Below are positions 46,216 through 56,578 of a DNA stretch of 64,000 nucleotides, in pieces (positions within the stretch are counted from its first letter, which is position 1; each line of letters opens with the position of its first letter). The DNA lies in NCBI GenBank assembly GCA_963663385.2, contig CAXXXD010000003.1, positions 1-64,000 on the forward strand, given 5' to 3'. The notes under the pieces are model-generated. The model ran no database searches and was not told the origin of the DNA. It saw nothing but the letters and a program-made list of their open reading frames with translations. Source of the stretch: Oceanispirochaeta sp. Lineage in GTDB: Bacteria > Spirochaetota > Spirochaetia > DSM-2461. Position numbers and translations under genes: made by a program.

Positions 46216-47475
46216 TCAGTTGCTGCCCATTACTTCGTTTACCCGGGCGGCGATGCTGTGGCACCCGTCTTCCACGCTGATTTCATTATTCATGATTTTT
46301 ACCATGGTTTCTTTTTCGAACTGCATGTATTTGGGTGCTTCCTTGGTGTAGGGGTAGGGGAATCCGTCTCCCAGCTGTTCAACATAGGCATTCAGATTGA
46401 ATTTCTTATTATAGGCAATCCAGGGAGCCTGGGTATTTTTGTAGGCCGGGATGGCAGCCCCTTCTTCGGCACTGATCAGCTGAGCCTCATAGGTCCCCAG
46501 AAACTTGACAAATTCCCAGGCTGCTTCGGGGTTGGATGTATCGGCTGCCACAGAGTTGGCCAGACCATTGTAAACAGTTGCCCGGCGCTTACCCATGGGA
46601 AGTACCGCAAGGTCGGCAATCTCGGATGTCACTTCGTTTTTGGAGAGCCAGGAAACATTCCAGGCCCCGGTGTAGTACATAGCCAGTTTTCCGGATGAGA
46701 ACATGATGTTGGGTTTTGTATCCGCCATCTGCTGTACCGTGGGAGATACCTTGTATTTATGGATCAGATCGTGAAGAAACTGAATGGCGCCGATCGCTTC
46801 CGGACTGTCAAAACCGGAACGGCTGGTCTCGCTGTTGATTACCTGGGCATTGTTCTGGAACATGATGTTATAGTACATCTCCTGTCTGTCCACAGCTGCG
46901 GCAAATCCGTATACTCCCTCATCCTCATTTGTCAGAAGGGCCGCCGTTTCGACCAGTTTGTTCCAGTCCCAACTGTCATCGGGATAGGCCAGGCCGGCCG
47001 TATCGAACATCTTTTTATTGTAAACAAGGGCGATTGTATCGAAATCCTTGGGGATCCCGTAACTCTCGTCTCCGATTTTATACAGGTTGGTTACTCCCGA
47101 GGGGTAGTTGCTCATATCCAGCTCGGGATCCTCATCTATTCTGTCCGAGAGGGGCATAAGTTTACCCGCATCGGCGTATTTATGAAAACGGGTAACATGC
47201 ATCCAGAATACGTCCGGCATATTGCCGCCCAGGGTAGCCGCTTCCAGTTTGGTCCAGTAATCGCCCCAGTTTGAAACCTGAAGTTCAACAGTAATATCGG
47301 GATTCTGTGCCATAAAAGCTTCAGCCATGGCCCTCATCCCGGGTTCCTGGTTTTTATCCCAGAAGGCATAGGTAATGGTCGAGGGACCTTCGGTTTTGCT
47401 CTCCTGATCTCCGGATGCCCAGAGGGCTGTGCCGATCAGAGTCAGTGTCAGAATCATCAAGAAAAACTTTTTCAT
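46216..47475 (-). CDS. CUT1 sugar ABC substrate-binding protein
   Basis: Signal peptide; YWTKL, PDVFW, YGIPKD, YNKKMF, AAWEFVKFL. Confidence 0.93.
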   Translation of the reverse strand: MKKFFLMILTLTLIGTALWASGDQESKTEGPSTITYAFWDKNQEPGMRAMAEAFMAQNPDITVELQVSNWGDYWTKLEAATLGGNMPDVFWMHVTRFHKYADAGKLMPLSDRIDEDPELDMSNYPSGVTNLYKIGDESYGIPKDFDTIALVYNKKMFDTAGLAYPDDSWDWNKLVETAALLTNEDEGVYGFAAAVDRQEMYYNIMFQNNAQVINSETSRSGFDSPEAIGAIQFLHDLIHKYKVSPTVQQMADTKPNIMFSSGKLAMYYTGAWNVSWLSKNEVTSEIADLAVLPMGKRRATVYNGLANSVAADTSNPEAAWEFVKFLGTYEAQLISAEEGAAIPAYKNTQAPWIAYNKKFNLNAYVEQLGDGFPYPYTKEAPKYMQFEKETMVKIMNNEISVEDGCHSIAARVNEVMGSN

Positions 47476-47599
47476 TTTTTCAGCTCCTTATATTTTTTCA
47501 TAAGTATAGGAGCGCTGTTAAACGCTGCGTAGTGAGCAATCTTAATGAAAAGGAGGATTATCTTTTGATTACTCTCAACCTCAGTTCTGTAAAGGTGCA

Positions 47600-49147
47600 C
47601 TAATTTCCGATTTGGTGCATTTCCTTCCTATACTCTCTGGGGGTTAACCCCGTATGGGTTTTGAACAGGCGGCTGAAATACTTTTCGTTGGGAATGCCGC
47701 ACTGAGCCGCAATTTCGTAAATCCTCAGCTCCGGACGGGATTCCAGAAGTTTCCGGGCCAGTTCCATTCGTTTCCTGATCAGGTAGTCACTGAAATTCTC
47801 CCCTGTTTTTTCCTTAAACCAGCTGCTGAAATAACTCCCGCTCAAGCCGCTTTGCCCGGCTGTTTCCTGCAGGGAGAGAGGGCGGGACATATTCGCTTCA
47901 ATAAAGGCAAGACAGCGGCTTATCAGATTAACAGGTTGGCATTTTGCCTGATCTTCTATTCCCTTCAGGGCATCCTGAAACAGTTTCTCCAGTTCATCAA
48001 GCGAGGATATATGCCATAGGGAACAGAGCGGCAGCTGCCGGGGCGACCGGGCTGATCCTTCCATGGCCAGACCGGCCTTCTGCCGGTTCAGGTAGGCAAT
48101 AAACTGAAGAGACAGGTTTTTAAGGGTTTTTGCATCCTTCAGTCTGCGGAGGTGAAGAAAAACCCCGGTCAGGATTTGCTCCTTTTCCTCCGGCGTGGTC
48201 GAATGACTGATCAGGAGTCTGAAATCGTCCATCCATTCCGGGGATTCCTCAGGGATGCTCGCCTTCATATTTTCGGAGAATCCCAGGGGACTGTCAGAAT
48301 GAAAGAAGGAGTCCCACATTACCATCTCCGTTTCAAGGTAGGCATCATTCAGATAACACAGATTGTCTGTCAGGGGGCCGATCCCCCAAAAAACAGGCAG
48401 AGATAAATAGGTAGCCAGGGCATTGCGAAGGCGTTTCTCCATAGCCCGGATTTTCTGTTCTGTCAGCTCTTCCTTTTTTCCGTATAACAGAAGGATCCAG
48501 TAGTTTTTTTCCGGCCCCGGATCATAGAAAAAGATCCCGCTTCCTCTTGCCACGCCTTCGGTTATCTGAAGCAGGGTCATCTTCTCTTCGTTTCCCGCCA
48601 TGGGTTGGCGGATCTGCAGTATCCCCGGCCTGTAGGATAACTCCTTCCAGGAGTGTTCCAGATTTTCCAGGCTTTTCTGCCGTATTCCGGATGAGGAATT
48701 CAGCAGGATCTCTTTCAGGATATGGCTGCCGTGACGGGGAACCCTGTCCGGCCGCATACCATTATCCCCCGGGGGAATCCTCTGTTTGAGGGTACGGATA
48801 AAGGCCAGGAAATTCTCCCTGTTCAGATCGGTTTTCAGTATATAATCGGCAGCTCCGCAGCGGATGGCTTCCTGGGCATACTGGAAGTCTCCATGATTGC
48901 TTAATACCGCCACTATCCCCGGGAAGCTCCGTTTTTTCAATTCCTTCATCAGTTCCAGACCGTTCATCAGGGGCATCTGAATATCCGTCAGAATCACGTG
49001 GGGCTTGAGTTTTTCCGCCATTTCCAGAGCTTCCATCCCGTTTTCCGCTTCTCCGCAAATACGGCAGCCCTCACTGTTCCAGTCCAGAAGCATTTTAATT
49101 CCGGTTCTTACCAGTAGTTCGTCATCAGCCAGCAGTATATCTAGCAT
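47600..49147 (-). CDS. YesN-like response regulator (REC + AraC)
   Basis: ADDE, TDIQMP, C-terminal YFSSWFK...YFSRLFK..TGLTPREYR. Confidence 0.93.
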   Translation of the reverse strand: MLDILLADDELLVRTGIKMLLDWNSEGCRICGEAENGMEALEMAEKLKPHVILTDIQMPLMNGLELMKELKKRSFPGIVAVLSNHGDFQYAQEAIRCGAADYILKTDLNRENFLAFIRTLKQRIPPGDNGMRPDRVPRHGSHILKEILLNSSSGIRQKSLENLEHSWKELSYRPGILQIRQPMAGNEEKMTLLQITEGVARGSGIFFYDPGPEKNYWILLLYGKKEELTEQKIRAMEKRLRNALATYLSLPVFWGIGPLTDNLCYLNDAYLETEMVMWDSFFHSDSPLGFSENMKASIPEESPEWMDDFRLLISHSTTPEEKEQILTGVFLHLRRLKDAKTLKNLSLQFIAYLNRQKAGLAMEGSARSPRQLPLCSLWHISSLDELEKLFQDALKGIEDQAKCQPVNLISRCLAFIEANMSRPLSLQETAGQSGLSGSYFSSWFKEKTGENFSDYLIRKRMELARKLLESRPELRIYEIAAQCGIPNEKYFSRLFKTHTGLTPREYRKEMHQIGN

Positions 49148-50898
49148 ATATGGGGTCCTCCCTGAAACAGCAGTGTACAGAGCGCCCCGCCTTCAGGAAG
49201 ATTGGCCAGTTTCAGCTCGCTCTTCTCTCCGTAGTACAGTTTCAGTCTGTCTCTCACATTTTTCAATGATATTCCGTTTCCCGTAATCATATAGGAACCG
49301 TTCCCTGTCCAGTTCTCCAGCAGATCTGCCGGAAAACCCGATCCGTTGTCCCGTATGCGGCAGATCATTCCGTCCCTGCTTATTTCACTCTCTATCCCGA
49401 TGAGGCCTCCCGCCTCTCCGAAAGCATGGAACAAAGAATTTTCCACCAGGGGCTGGAGCAGCAGTTTCGGTATAGGGAAATTGTCGCACTCCCCTGTCCC
49501 TGCTATTTTCAGTGTGAACCTGTTCTCGTAACGGATATTATGGATGGATACGAAATGACGGATATTTTCCAACTCCTGCTGATAGGGGATCAGCTCTTCA
49601 TCCCGGTTGATGCTGTTTCGCAAAAGGCTTGTCAGGGATGTAATGACTTCCACAATAGAATCACTCCCCTGTATCATGGCCATCCATTTAACCGAATCAA
49701 GGGTGTTGTACAGGAAATGAGGCCTGATCTGGGCCTGCAGGGCAGAAAGTTCGGCCTGCCGTTTTTCCTCCTGGTTTCTCAGCAGTTGACTCTGATACTC
49801 CCGCATCCTCAGGGTCATGCGGTTGAATGAGCGTTCCAGGGAGCCGACCTCATCGGTTCTTCCGGTCAGAACCGAGAGTTCAAACTGTTTATCCTCAAAC
49901 TGATGCATCTCCTTTTCCAGTCCCTTCAGGGGAGACGTGATACGGGATGACAGGATAGAACTGACCAGCAGTGCGGCCAGTACGGAGGCAAACAGGGTTG
50001 CCAGAAAGAGTTTACGGATAGTACTGACAGGAGCCATCAACTCCTGTTTCCGGATCTCCTCAAGGAGGATAATACCATCGGAAGAAGTGGAGTAGGAGTA
50101 CCAGAATCTTTCATCCTCAAGGTTCTGCTCCATGTTGCCGCTGCCCTGTTCCTTCAGGATTCTGTCCAGTATTTCCTGCGGGAACCCGGCCAGAGCCGGA
50201 AAGAGAATGCTTCCCTTCTGGTTAAACAGGAGGATCCTCCTTCCCTTCCGGGCGGGCAGATTGCGGATAATCTCTTCAAAAACCGTAAAATAATCCAGAG
50301 AAATGACCAGGGTTCCCTTGAGTTGTCCCTGCCGGTCATTCAGGGGGTGTACAAGACTGATATACTGGGTTTTCCCCTCCCTCGGCATGGCTTCGGTACG
50401 GGAAAAATTCTTGACGTCCATATAGAACAGCTGGGTATGTCCCGTTTCTTCCGCTTTCCGGAACCAGCTGCTGCTGCGTATGTTTTCCTCCTGGATATCG
50501 AAGGTATAGGTCGTAGACAGAATCCCTTTTTCTCCCGGATAAAGGGTAATGGATAACAGTCTGGTTCTCCGGCTGATATAACGGAGCAGGATGGCCGTCA
50601 GTTCCTTCCGGTTTTTTTCCGGATCGTCCAGCAGGCGCATAAAAAGCGGATCCTGTTCGAGATCATTGGGGACATAGGTCATCTCATCGATAAAAAACTC
50701 CAGATTCTGTCTGACAAGCCGCAGGGTTGTGGTGGCGCTGTTCAGGATCAGCTGCTCCATAGTTGACGATGAAGAGCGGATCAGAGGCAGGCTCTGAAGA
50801 AGGAGAAGAGAAACCGTCAGGAGAGAAATGGTGGCAAACAGCCTGTTTTTTAAACTGCTTTCAAACCATCTCAGCAGGGGGACTCTGATCTTTCTCAC
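49141..50898 (-). CDS. YesM-like sensor histidine kinase
   Basis: HAMP, LQAQIRPHFLYNTL, LQPLVEN, DNGSG. Confidence 0.93.
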   Translation of the reverse strand: MRKIRVPLLRWFESSLKNRLFATISLLTVSLLLLQSLPLIRSSSSTMEQLILNSATTTLRLVRQNLEFFIDEMTYVPNDLEQDPLFMRLLDDPEKNRKELTAILLRYISRRTRLLSITLYPGEKGILSTTYTFDIQEENIRSSSWFRKAEETGHTQLFYMDVKNFSRTEAMPREGKTQYISLVHPLNDRQGQLKGTLVISLDYFTVFEEIIRNLPARKGRRILLFNQKGSILFPALAGFPQEILDRILKEQGSGNMEQNLEDERFWYSYSTSSDGIILLEEIRKQELMAPVSTIRKLFLATLFASVLAALLVSSILSSRITSPLKGLEKEMHQFEDKQFELSVLTGRTDEVGSLERSFNRMTLRMREYQSQLLRNQEEKRQAELSALQAQIRPHFLYNTLDSVKWMAMIQGSDSIVEVITSLTSLLRNSINRDEELIPYQQELENIRHFVSIHNIRYENRFTLKIAGTGECDNFPIPKLLLQPLVENSLFHAFGEAGGLIGIESEISRDGMICRIRDNGSGFPADLLENWTGNGSYMITGNGISLKNVRDRLKLYYGEKSELKLANLPEGGALCTLLFQGGPHIC

Positions 50899-51803
50899 GA
50901 TTTCTCCTCTTTTGTCAAAAAAACAGGTTCTCCCAGAATCGGAGCCCTTTTTCTTTTTCGGAACTCACGGGGGGGGCAGCCGTACTGTTTTCTGAAACTC
51001 CGGGAAAAAAGACCGGGATCTTCGAATCCGCACAGTTCCGCAATAGCCGCAATATTCCGGGCAGAGTGTATCAGATATTCCGCCGCTGATTCCAGCTGAA
51101 CTTCCCGGATCAGCTTCCCCGGGGTAATCCCCGTGTTCTGCCGCAGCCAGGTTATGAAGTAGTGAGGTTCATATCCCCACAGGGCGGCCAGTTTGTCAAC
51201 TGAAGCGGATGTCAGGCTTTTCTTAATCATCTCTTCAGTCTGCTTTCTTACGGAAGGGTCCATTTTCGCTCTGGCAATGGAGGCGTCTATCAGAAGAAGG
51301 AGTTCATAGGCTGTCCGGGAATTGCTCCGGAAATCTTTCACATCCCTGCCGTTCAGATCTTCCTGCAGTTCCTTTGTTCTTTTTATTATTTTCCCCGGAT
51401 CCGCCAGAGGGATAAGGGAACCGTTTTCTTCTCTCCATTTCCTGAATAAGGAGACCGCTGCAGGGCCCGTAAAGGTCAGATAGATAAACTCCCATGGATC
51501 GTTTCCTCTGTGCCTGTAGCAGAACGGCACTTCCGGAGATGCCAGAAAAGCACAACCCGCAGGAACCGGATGCATGCGTTCCCTGCAGCTCTCAGAGTAC
51601 CATCCTGTTCCTTTGAGGGTCAGCTGAAAAACCTCGCCTTTGTGATAGCGGCTCAATCGTTCATTATCAAAGATATAGTCTGCGGAATTGACTGTCTCAT
51701 GCCCTGTACCAAAAAGGTTCACAGGCAGTCCGGGATTGCCCCGCTGTTCCGGAGAGATAAAAACATAATTGCCGTTTTTCCATAAAATCATATTTATATC
51801 CAT
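50895..51803 (-). CDS. AraC family regulator
   Basis: Cupin-like N-terminus; IAELCGFEDPGLFSRSFRKQYGCPPREFR. Confidence 0.9.
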   Translation of the reverse strand: MDINMILWKNGNYVFISPEQRGNPGLPVNLFGTGHETVNSADYIFDNERLSRYHKGEVFQLTLKGTGWYSESCRERMHPVPAGCAFLASPEVPFCYRHRGNDPWEFIYLTFTGPAAVSLFRKWREENGSLIPLADPGKIIKRTKELQEDLNGRDVKDFRSNSRTAYELLLLIDASIARAKMDPSVRKQTEEMIKKSLTSASVDKLAALWGYEPHYFITWLRQNTGITPGKLIREVQLESAAEYLIHSARNIAAIAELCGFEDPGLFSRSFRKQYGCPPREFRKRKRAPILGEPVFLTKEEKS

Positions 51804-51888
51804 GTTTTACGAGTAATAAACATATATTATTATAACCTGTCTTATTAAAATACAAGTTAAATAATATTTTTGGAAGGTTTTTTTTATT

Positions 51889-53424
51889 ATGCTGGAACTG
51901 AAGCAGGAGCAAAATGAGTACTGGTGGGGAGGCCGGGTGACTGACGGAACAGTCTACCCTGTTCTGAACGGACCCTATTCGCTGGACTTTGCTGCCGTGA
52001 GGGGCGCCAATCAGATGCAGCCTCTCTTTCTTTCCTCTGCAGGACGCTGGATATGGAGTGAGGAACCTTTTCGCTTCAACCTTGAGAACGGACTTATATC
52101 GGCTGAAGGCCGGGGAGAAATTGTGACTGGCCGGGCAGGCAGTTCCCTGAAGGAGGCCGCTTTGCACTGCAGCAGTACCTTTTTCCCTCCATCGGGAAAA
52201 ACGCCCGATCCGGATCTGTTCCGGAAACCCCAGTACAATACCTGGATTGAACTTATGTATAATCAGAATGAACAGGACATTCTGGAGTATGCGGAAAAAC
52301 TTCTGAAGGAAGGGTATCCGCCGGGTATCCTGATGATAGACGATACATGGCAGGAAGACTACGGCGTCTGGAATTTTCACCCCTCCCGCTTTTCCGATCC
52401 TGCCGGTATGGTCAAAACCCTCCATGAATGGGGATTTAAAGTCATGCTCTGGGTCTGTCCTTTTGTTTCGGCTGATTCCATTGAGTACCGCTGCCTGGCA
52501 GAGGATGGGTATCTTCTTATGCAGGAGGGAGAAAGCGATGTCCTGTGGTCGAATACAAGCAATGTACCAGCCATTATACGCTGGTGGAACGGGGCCAGCG
52601 GTGTTCTGGATCTGACCAACCCGGGGGCGGAGAGCTGGTTCCGGGATAAGCTGGACCGGCTTCAGAATGAGTATAGTGTGGATGGTTTTAAATTTGATGC
52701 GGGGGATCCTGTTTTCTACAGGGGAGATTATAAAACATATAAACCGGTCAGCGCTGAGGAGCAGTGTTCCCTGTATGCCCGTATCGGTCTCAGTTATGAT
52801 CTGAACGAGTACCGGGCCTGCTGGAAAATGGGAGGGCAGGCTCTGGCTCAGCGTCTACATGATAAGAAGCATACCTGGGAGGATCTGGCAGCCCTGGTCC
52901 CGCAAACCCTTATACAGGGCCTGGCGGGATATCCATTTTCCTGTCCCGATATGATCGGGGGAGGAGAATACCTCTCGTTTCTGAATCTGGATTCCATTGA
53001 TCAGGAGCTGGTTGTCCGTTCCGCCCAGTGTTCCTCCTTAATGCCCATGATGCAGTTTTCCGCCGCACCCTGGCGGATACTGGATGAGAAGCACCGTAAA
53101 CTCTGCCAGGAAGCGGCCCGGTTACATACTGAACGGGGCAACCTCTTTCTCCGGCTGGCCGATGAAGCGGCCCGAACGGGGGAACCGATTGTCCGCTCAC
53201 TGGAATATTCCTTCCCGGGAGAAGGCTTTGAAGAGGTTGCCGACCAGTTTCTTGTCGGAGAGAGCCTGATGGTCGCCCCGGTAGTAAGGAAAGGGCAGAG
53301 GTCCCGTCCCGTTCTATTTCCCTCCGGATTGTGGAAGGATTCTGAAGGGACAATATGGGAAGGACCGGGCGAACAGGAGGTTGATGCTCCGCTGGAAAAA
53401 CTCCTCTGGTTTGAAAGGGTCTGA
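51889..53424 (+). CDS. GH31 glycoside hydrolase (alpha-galactosidase/glucosidase-like)
   Basis: PQYNTW, IDDTW, LDLTNP, DGFKFDAGD nucleophile motif, PDMIGG, DQFLVG..LMVAPV. Confidence 0.9.
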   Translation: MLELKQEQNEYWWGGRVTDGTVYPVLNGPYSLDFAAVRGANQMQPLFLSSAGRWIWSEEPFRFNLENGLISAEGRGEIVTGRAGSSLKEAALHCSSTFFPPSGKTPDPDLFRKPQYNTWIELMYNQNEQDILEYAEKLLKEGYPPGILMIDDTWQEDYGVWNFHPSRFSDPAGMVKTLHEWGFKVMLWVCPFVSADSIEYRCLAEDGYLLMQEGESDVLWSNTSNVPAIIRWWNGASGVLDLTNPGAESWFRDKLDRLQNEYSVDGFKFDAGDPVFYRGDYKTYKPVSAEEQCSLYARIGLSYDLNEYRACWKMGGQALAQRLHDKKHTWEDLAALVPQTLIQGLAGYPFSCPDMIGGGEYLSFLNLDSIDQELVVRSAQCSSLMPMMQFSAAPWRILDEKHRKLCQEAARLHTERGNLFLRLADEAARTGEPIVRSLEYSFPGEGFEEVADQFLVGESLMVAPVVRKGQRSRPVLFPSGLWKDSEGTIWEGPGEQEVDAPLEKLLWFERV

Positions 53425-53433
53425 TCCCGTTCA

Positions 53434-53589
53434 CTACCTGTTCAAGCACACCAGATTCATACATCTTCCGCCTTTCTCCAGAGTCAGGAGGTTTTCATAG
53501 GTCGTATCCCGGATATTATCTACCGCCTCTCTGGTGAAAAAGGCCTGGTGAGCTGTAATCAGTACGTTGGGGAAGGTCTGCAGCCGGGA
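53434..53589 (-). pseudogene. D-lactate dehydrogenase (LdhA-like) C-terminal remnant
   Basis: Manual translation SRLQTFPNVLITAHQAFFTREAVDNIRDTTYENL...*; the rest of the gene is absent. Confidence 0.8.
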
Positions 53590-53641
53590 ACTCCTTTTTA
53601 AAGGAATAATATGTATATACCTCGGGAATGATCATTAGAAG

Positions 53642-54418
53642 ATGGATATTCCTGAGATAAATAGGTATATTTCACGTATGTTAGTTCAGCAGCCCTATGG
53701 GGCGCCTCATATAGAATACGTCGACCGGGTCATTATTAACCGCTATTGGGAATCGGAGGAACATATCCGTCCTGTCTGGAAACTCTACTGGAACAAGCGG
53801 GAGGGTGCGGTTTTAACCTTTCAGGGAAAAAAAGTAGAGCTGCTGCCGGACCGTTTCTATCTGATTTCTCCCATGACGCGCTATGTCCCTTACTGCCGTG
53901 AGAATGTGGAACATTTCTATATTCATTTCAAACTGCCCCGGGAGTACGGTTCTCCGCCCCAGGGCATATGGGAAATCCCGACTGGCAGATTCCGTTATAA
54001 ACAGGTATCCCGGACGGATTCCGGTTTTCTGCTGCTTGAAATAATCTGCTACTCTCTGGGGCATCTGCCTACCGGTCTATTTGATCAGGATCACCCCGAT
54101 CCATTGGGAGATCTTTTTCTCTGGCTGGAGGAGCACCTGCATGAAAACTGCCGGAACTCCGTGCTGGCCGGGATTTCCGGTTACACCGAGGATACCCTCA
54201 ACAGGATTTTTATCCGGGAGACCGGGTTAAGTCCCCAGAAATATGTGCAGGGTCTGCGGGTTACCCGTGCTGCCAATCTGTTGAAGCGGACATCCCTTAC
54301 AATCGAAGAGATCGCCGAGCAGTGCGGTTTTTTCGACAGGTCCCACTTCCACCGGGTATTTCAGAAAAAAATCGGCTTGAGTCCTGTCCGGTTCCGGAAG
54401 GTGATGGGGGAGTTATGA
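53642..54418 (+). CDS. AraC family regulator
   Basis: IEEIAEQCGFFDRSHFHRVFQKKIGLSPVRFR. Confidence 0.9.
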   Translation: MDIPEINRYISRMLVQQPYGAPHIEYVDRVIINRYWESEEHIRPVWKLYWNKREGAVLTFQGKKVELLPDRFYLISPMTRYVPYCRENVEHFYIHFKLPREYGSPPQGIWEIPTGRFRYKQVSRTDSGFLLLEIICYSLGHLPTGLFDQDHPDPLGDLFLWLEEHLHENCRNSVLAGISGYTEDTLNRIFIRETGLSPQKYVQGLRVTRAANLLKRTSLTIEEIAEQCGFFDRSHFHRVFQKKIGLSPVRFRKVMGEL

Positions 54419-54439
54419 TTGCGTTACAATATATGGTAA

Positions 54440-56545
54440 TCATAAAAGATCTTCAGTTGTAGCAACCCTGTTCCTGCCGTTCTGTTTGGCAAAATAGAGG
54501 GCATTATCCAGCTTTTTCAACAGATCTTCACTTTTCCCGCTCTCTTCGGAAGAGGCTACCCCGAAGCTGCATGTAACCGGCCCGACCGTTTTGAAATTAT
54601 GGGATTCCAGAACCTTTCTCAGGGTCTCGGCCAGAAAGGCCGCGCCCTTTAAATTGGTACCCGGACAGATAATCAGGAATTCCTCTCCGCCCCATCTGCC
54701 GAAAATGTCAGTTCTTCTCAGCTTTTCTCCCACCAGTCTGGCAAGGGTTATAAGTACCTCATCTCCCTCCAGATGGCCGAAACTGTCATTAATCAGTTTA
54801 AAATGATCTATGTCAAACATTATCAGGGCATAGTTTATATTTACCCGTTTTCGAAGATTGTGCTGTGTTTCCAGCGTCCTGTCCAGTTTCCTCCGGTTGT
54901 AAATTCTGGTTAAGGCATCTGTTTCGGATAGGGAGGACAGTTCCTTTTCTGCGCTGATATCATGCCCCACAGTTATATAGCCGGTTTTCTCTCCGAAGAT
55001 ATTATAGAGGGGAAGGGTATAAGCTTTTGACCAGTAGTAAGACCCGTCCTTTTTTAAGTTTTTGATCTCTCCTTCCCAGAGCTCCTCCCTGGATATACTC
55101 TCACGGTACTCTTCCAGAAATGATGCAGGAATATCCGGGTGCAGAGTGGTTTCGTAGTTTCTGGATAGCAGGTCGGTTTCATCAAAACCGGATATACTGC
55201 AATAGGCTTTGCTTGCCTGTGTTATAGTTCCTCTGCAGTCTGTCCGGATGATGGGCACATTATTGTTTATAATATCCACATAGGCATTAAGCTGCTGTTC
55301 CGCTGCCTTTTGTTCTGTAATGTCCCTGGCCACACCGCGGTACCCTTTCAGTGTTTCCGATTCCCTGACGATTATCCCGTTCATAAGCAGACAGAGCTTT
55401 TTCTTTTCCTTTCCCTCCATCCACAATTCCAACCCGCGGATCCATGGTTCATCTTCATTGATATTCACCTGATACAGCCGGGCGGTCATTTTCTCTTTAG
55501 ACTCTTCGCTCATTAAATCCAGAAGATTTTTTCTTATTAAATCTTCAGGACTATAACCGAACAGATTCATAACCGAGCCGGATGAGTAGGTCAGGTTCAT
55601 CTTACTGTCACACTCCCATACCCAATCGGAGGAAACCATGGCAAAATCTTCAAACCGTTCCTGATTTACCCGGAGTTCTTCGGATTTTTCATAGAGTTTA
55701 TAGATGAGGTATTCAAGGAAAAACAGAATAGAAAGGTATATGAGAACGAGAGTTACCACCTCCATGGGTTGCAAGTTATTTTCTTTATAAGGAGCAATTG
55801 TTATTGTCCACTCCCTGTCGGGAAGAACAACCTGAGTCGATAGGGCGCGATCATTCCCATATATTTCGGATGATCCGAACAGGGGGATCTGAGTGTCCGA
55901 TTCACTTCTGTTATCCATAATAGCCAGGTAAACACTGTTTTCCCGGGCCAGATCGCTAATGGGAGCGATTAGACTGTCAAAATCCAATATAGATGACACA
56001 ATCCCCCAGAAACGGTCAGGGTCATGATCCTGAAAAACGGGTACCCTGCCGATAAGACCGACACCTCCCTGAATCAGTTCCAGGGGGCCTGCCAGTATCA
56101 TCCGGTTTTCATCCCGCGCCTTCCTAACCTGTTCCCACTGATCCGGCAGGGATCGGTAATCAACTCCCAGCACCGCTTCGTTCCCTTCCAGGGGATACAC
56201 GTCCTTGATTATGAGATCCGGTGCGATCACAACATTCTTGAGATTATTATACTGCCTGAATAGCTGCTCCGCCAGGGCGTAAAATTCCTCATGGGCTGCT
56301 TCCGGATGAAGCGACACATACGCGGCTATATTATATATGATCAGAAAATTGCTGTTGATGGAATATTCCAGCCGGTTTCTTAATGACGACAGGATGGAAA
56401 GGTTTCTTTCTCTGCTCTTGTTCTGCTTTTGAATGAAGGCTACAGTTCCAATAAAAACGAAAAACAGTGTTACCAGTATAAAAAGCCCGGCACTATTACG
56501 AATATACTTTTTTCTCATGATCAATATAGTACGTCCTGGAAACAT
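54440..56545 (-). CDS. Diguanylate cyclase with CHASE-like and two PAS domains
   Basis: YPLEGNEAVLG, AGPLELIQGG (CHASE-like); DWVWE PAS; WEGEIKN..KDG.YW PAS; RRTD...RWGGEEF. Confidence 0.92.
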   Translation of the reverse strand: MFPGRTILIMRKKYIRNSAGLFILVTLFFVFIGTVAFIQKQNKSRERNLSILSSLRNRLEYSINSNFLIIYNIAAYVSLHPEAAHEEFYALAEQLFRQYNNLKNVVIAPDLIIKDVYPLEGNEAVLGVDYRSLPDQWEQVRKARDENRMILAGPLELIQGGVGLIGRVPVFQDHDPDRFWGIVSSILDFDSLIAPISDLARENSVYLAIMDNRSESDTQIPLFGSSEIYGNDRALSTQVVLPDREWTITIAPYKENNLQPMEVVTLVLIYLSILFFLEYLIYKLYEKSEELRVNQERFEDFAMVSSDWVWECDSKMNLTYSSGSVMNLFGYSPEDLIRKNLLDLMSEESKEKMTARLYQVNINEDEPWIRGLELWMEGKEKKKLCLLMNGIIVRESETLKGYRGVARDITEQKAAEQQLNAYVDIINNNVPIIRTDCRGTITQASKAYCSISGFDETDLLSRNYETTLHPDIPASFLEEYRESISREELWEGEIKNLKKDGSYYWSKAYTLPLYNIFGEKTGYITVGHDISAEKELSSLSETDALTRIYNRRKLDRTLETQHNLRKRVNINYALIMFDIDHFKLINDSFGHLEGDEVLITLARLVGEKLRRTDIFGRWGGEEFLIICPGTNLKGAAFLAETLRKVLESHNFKTVGPVTCSFGVASSEESGKSEDLLKKLDNALYFAKQNGRNRVATTEDLL

Positions 56546-56578
56546 CTCTTGTCAAAGGTATGTTTCCAGGACTGCCGG

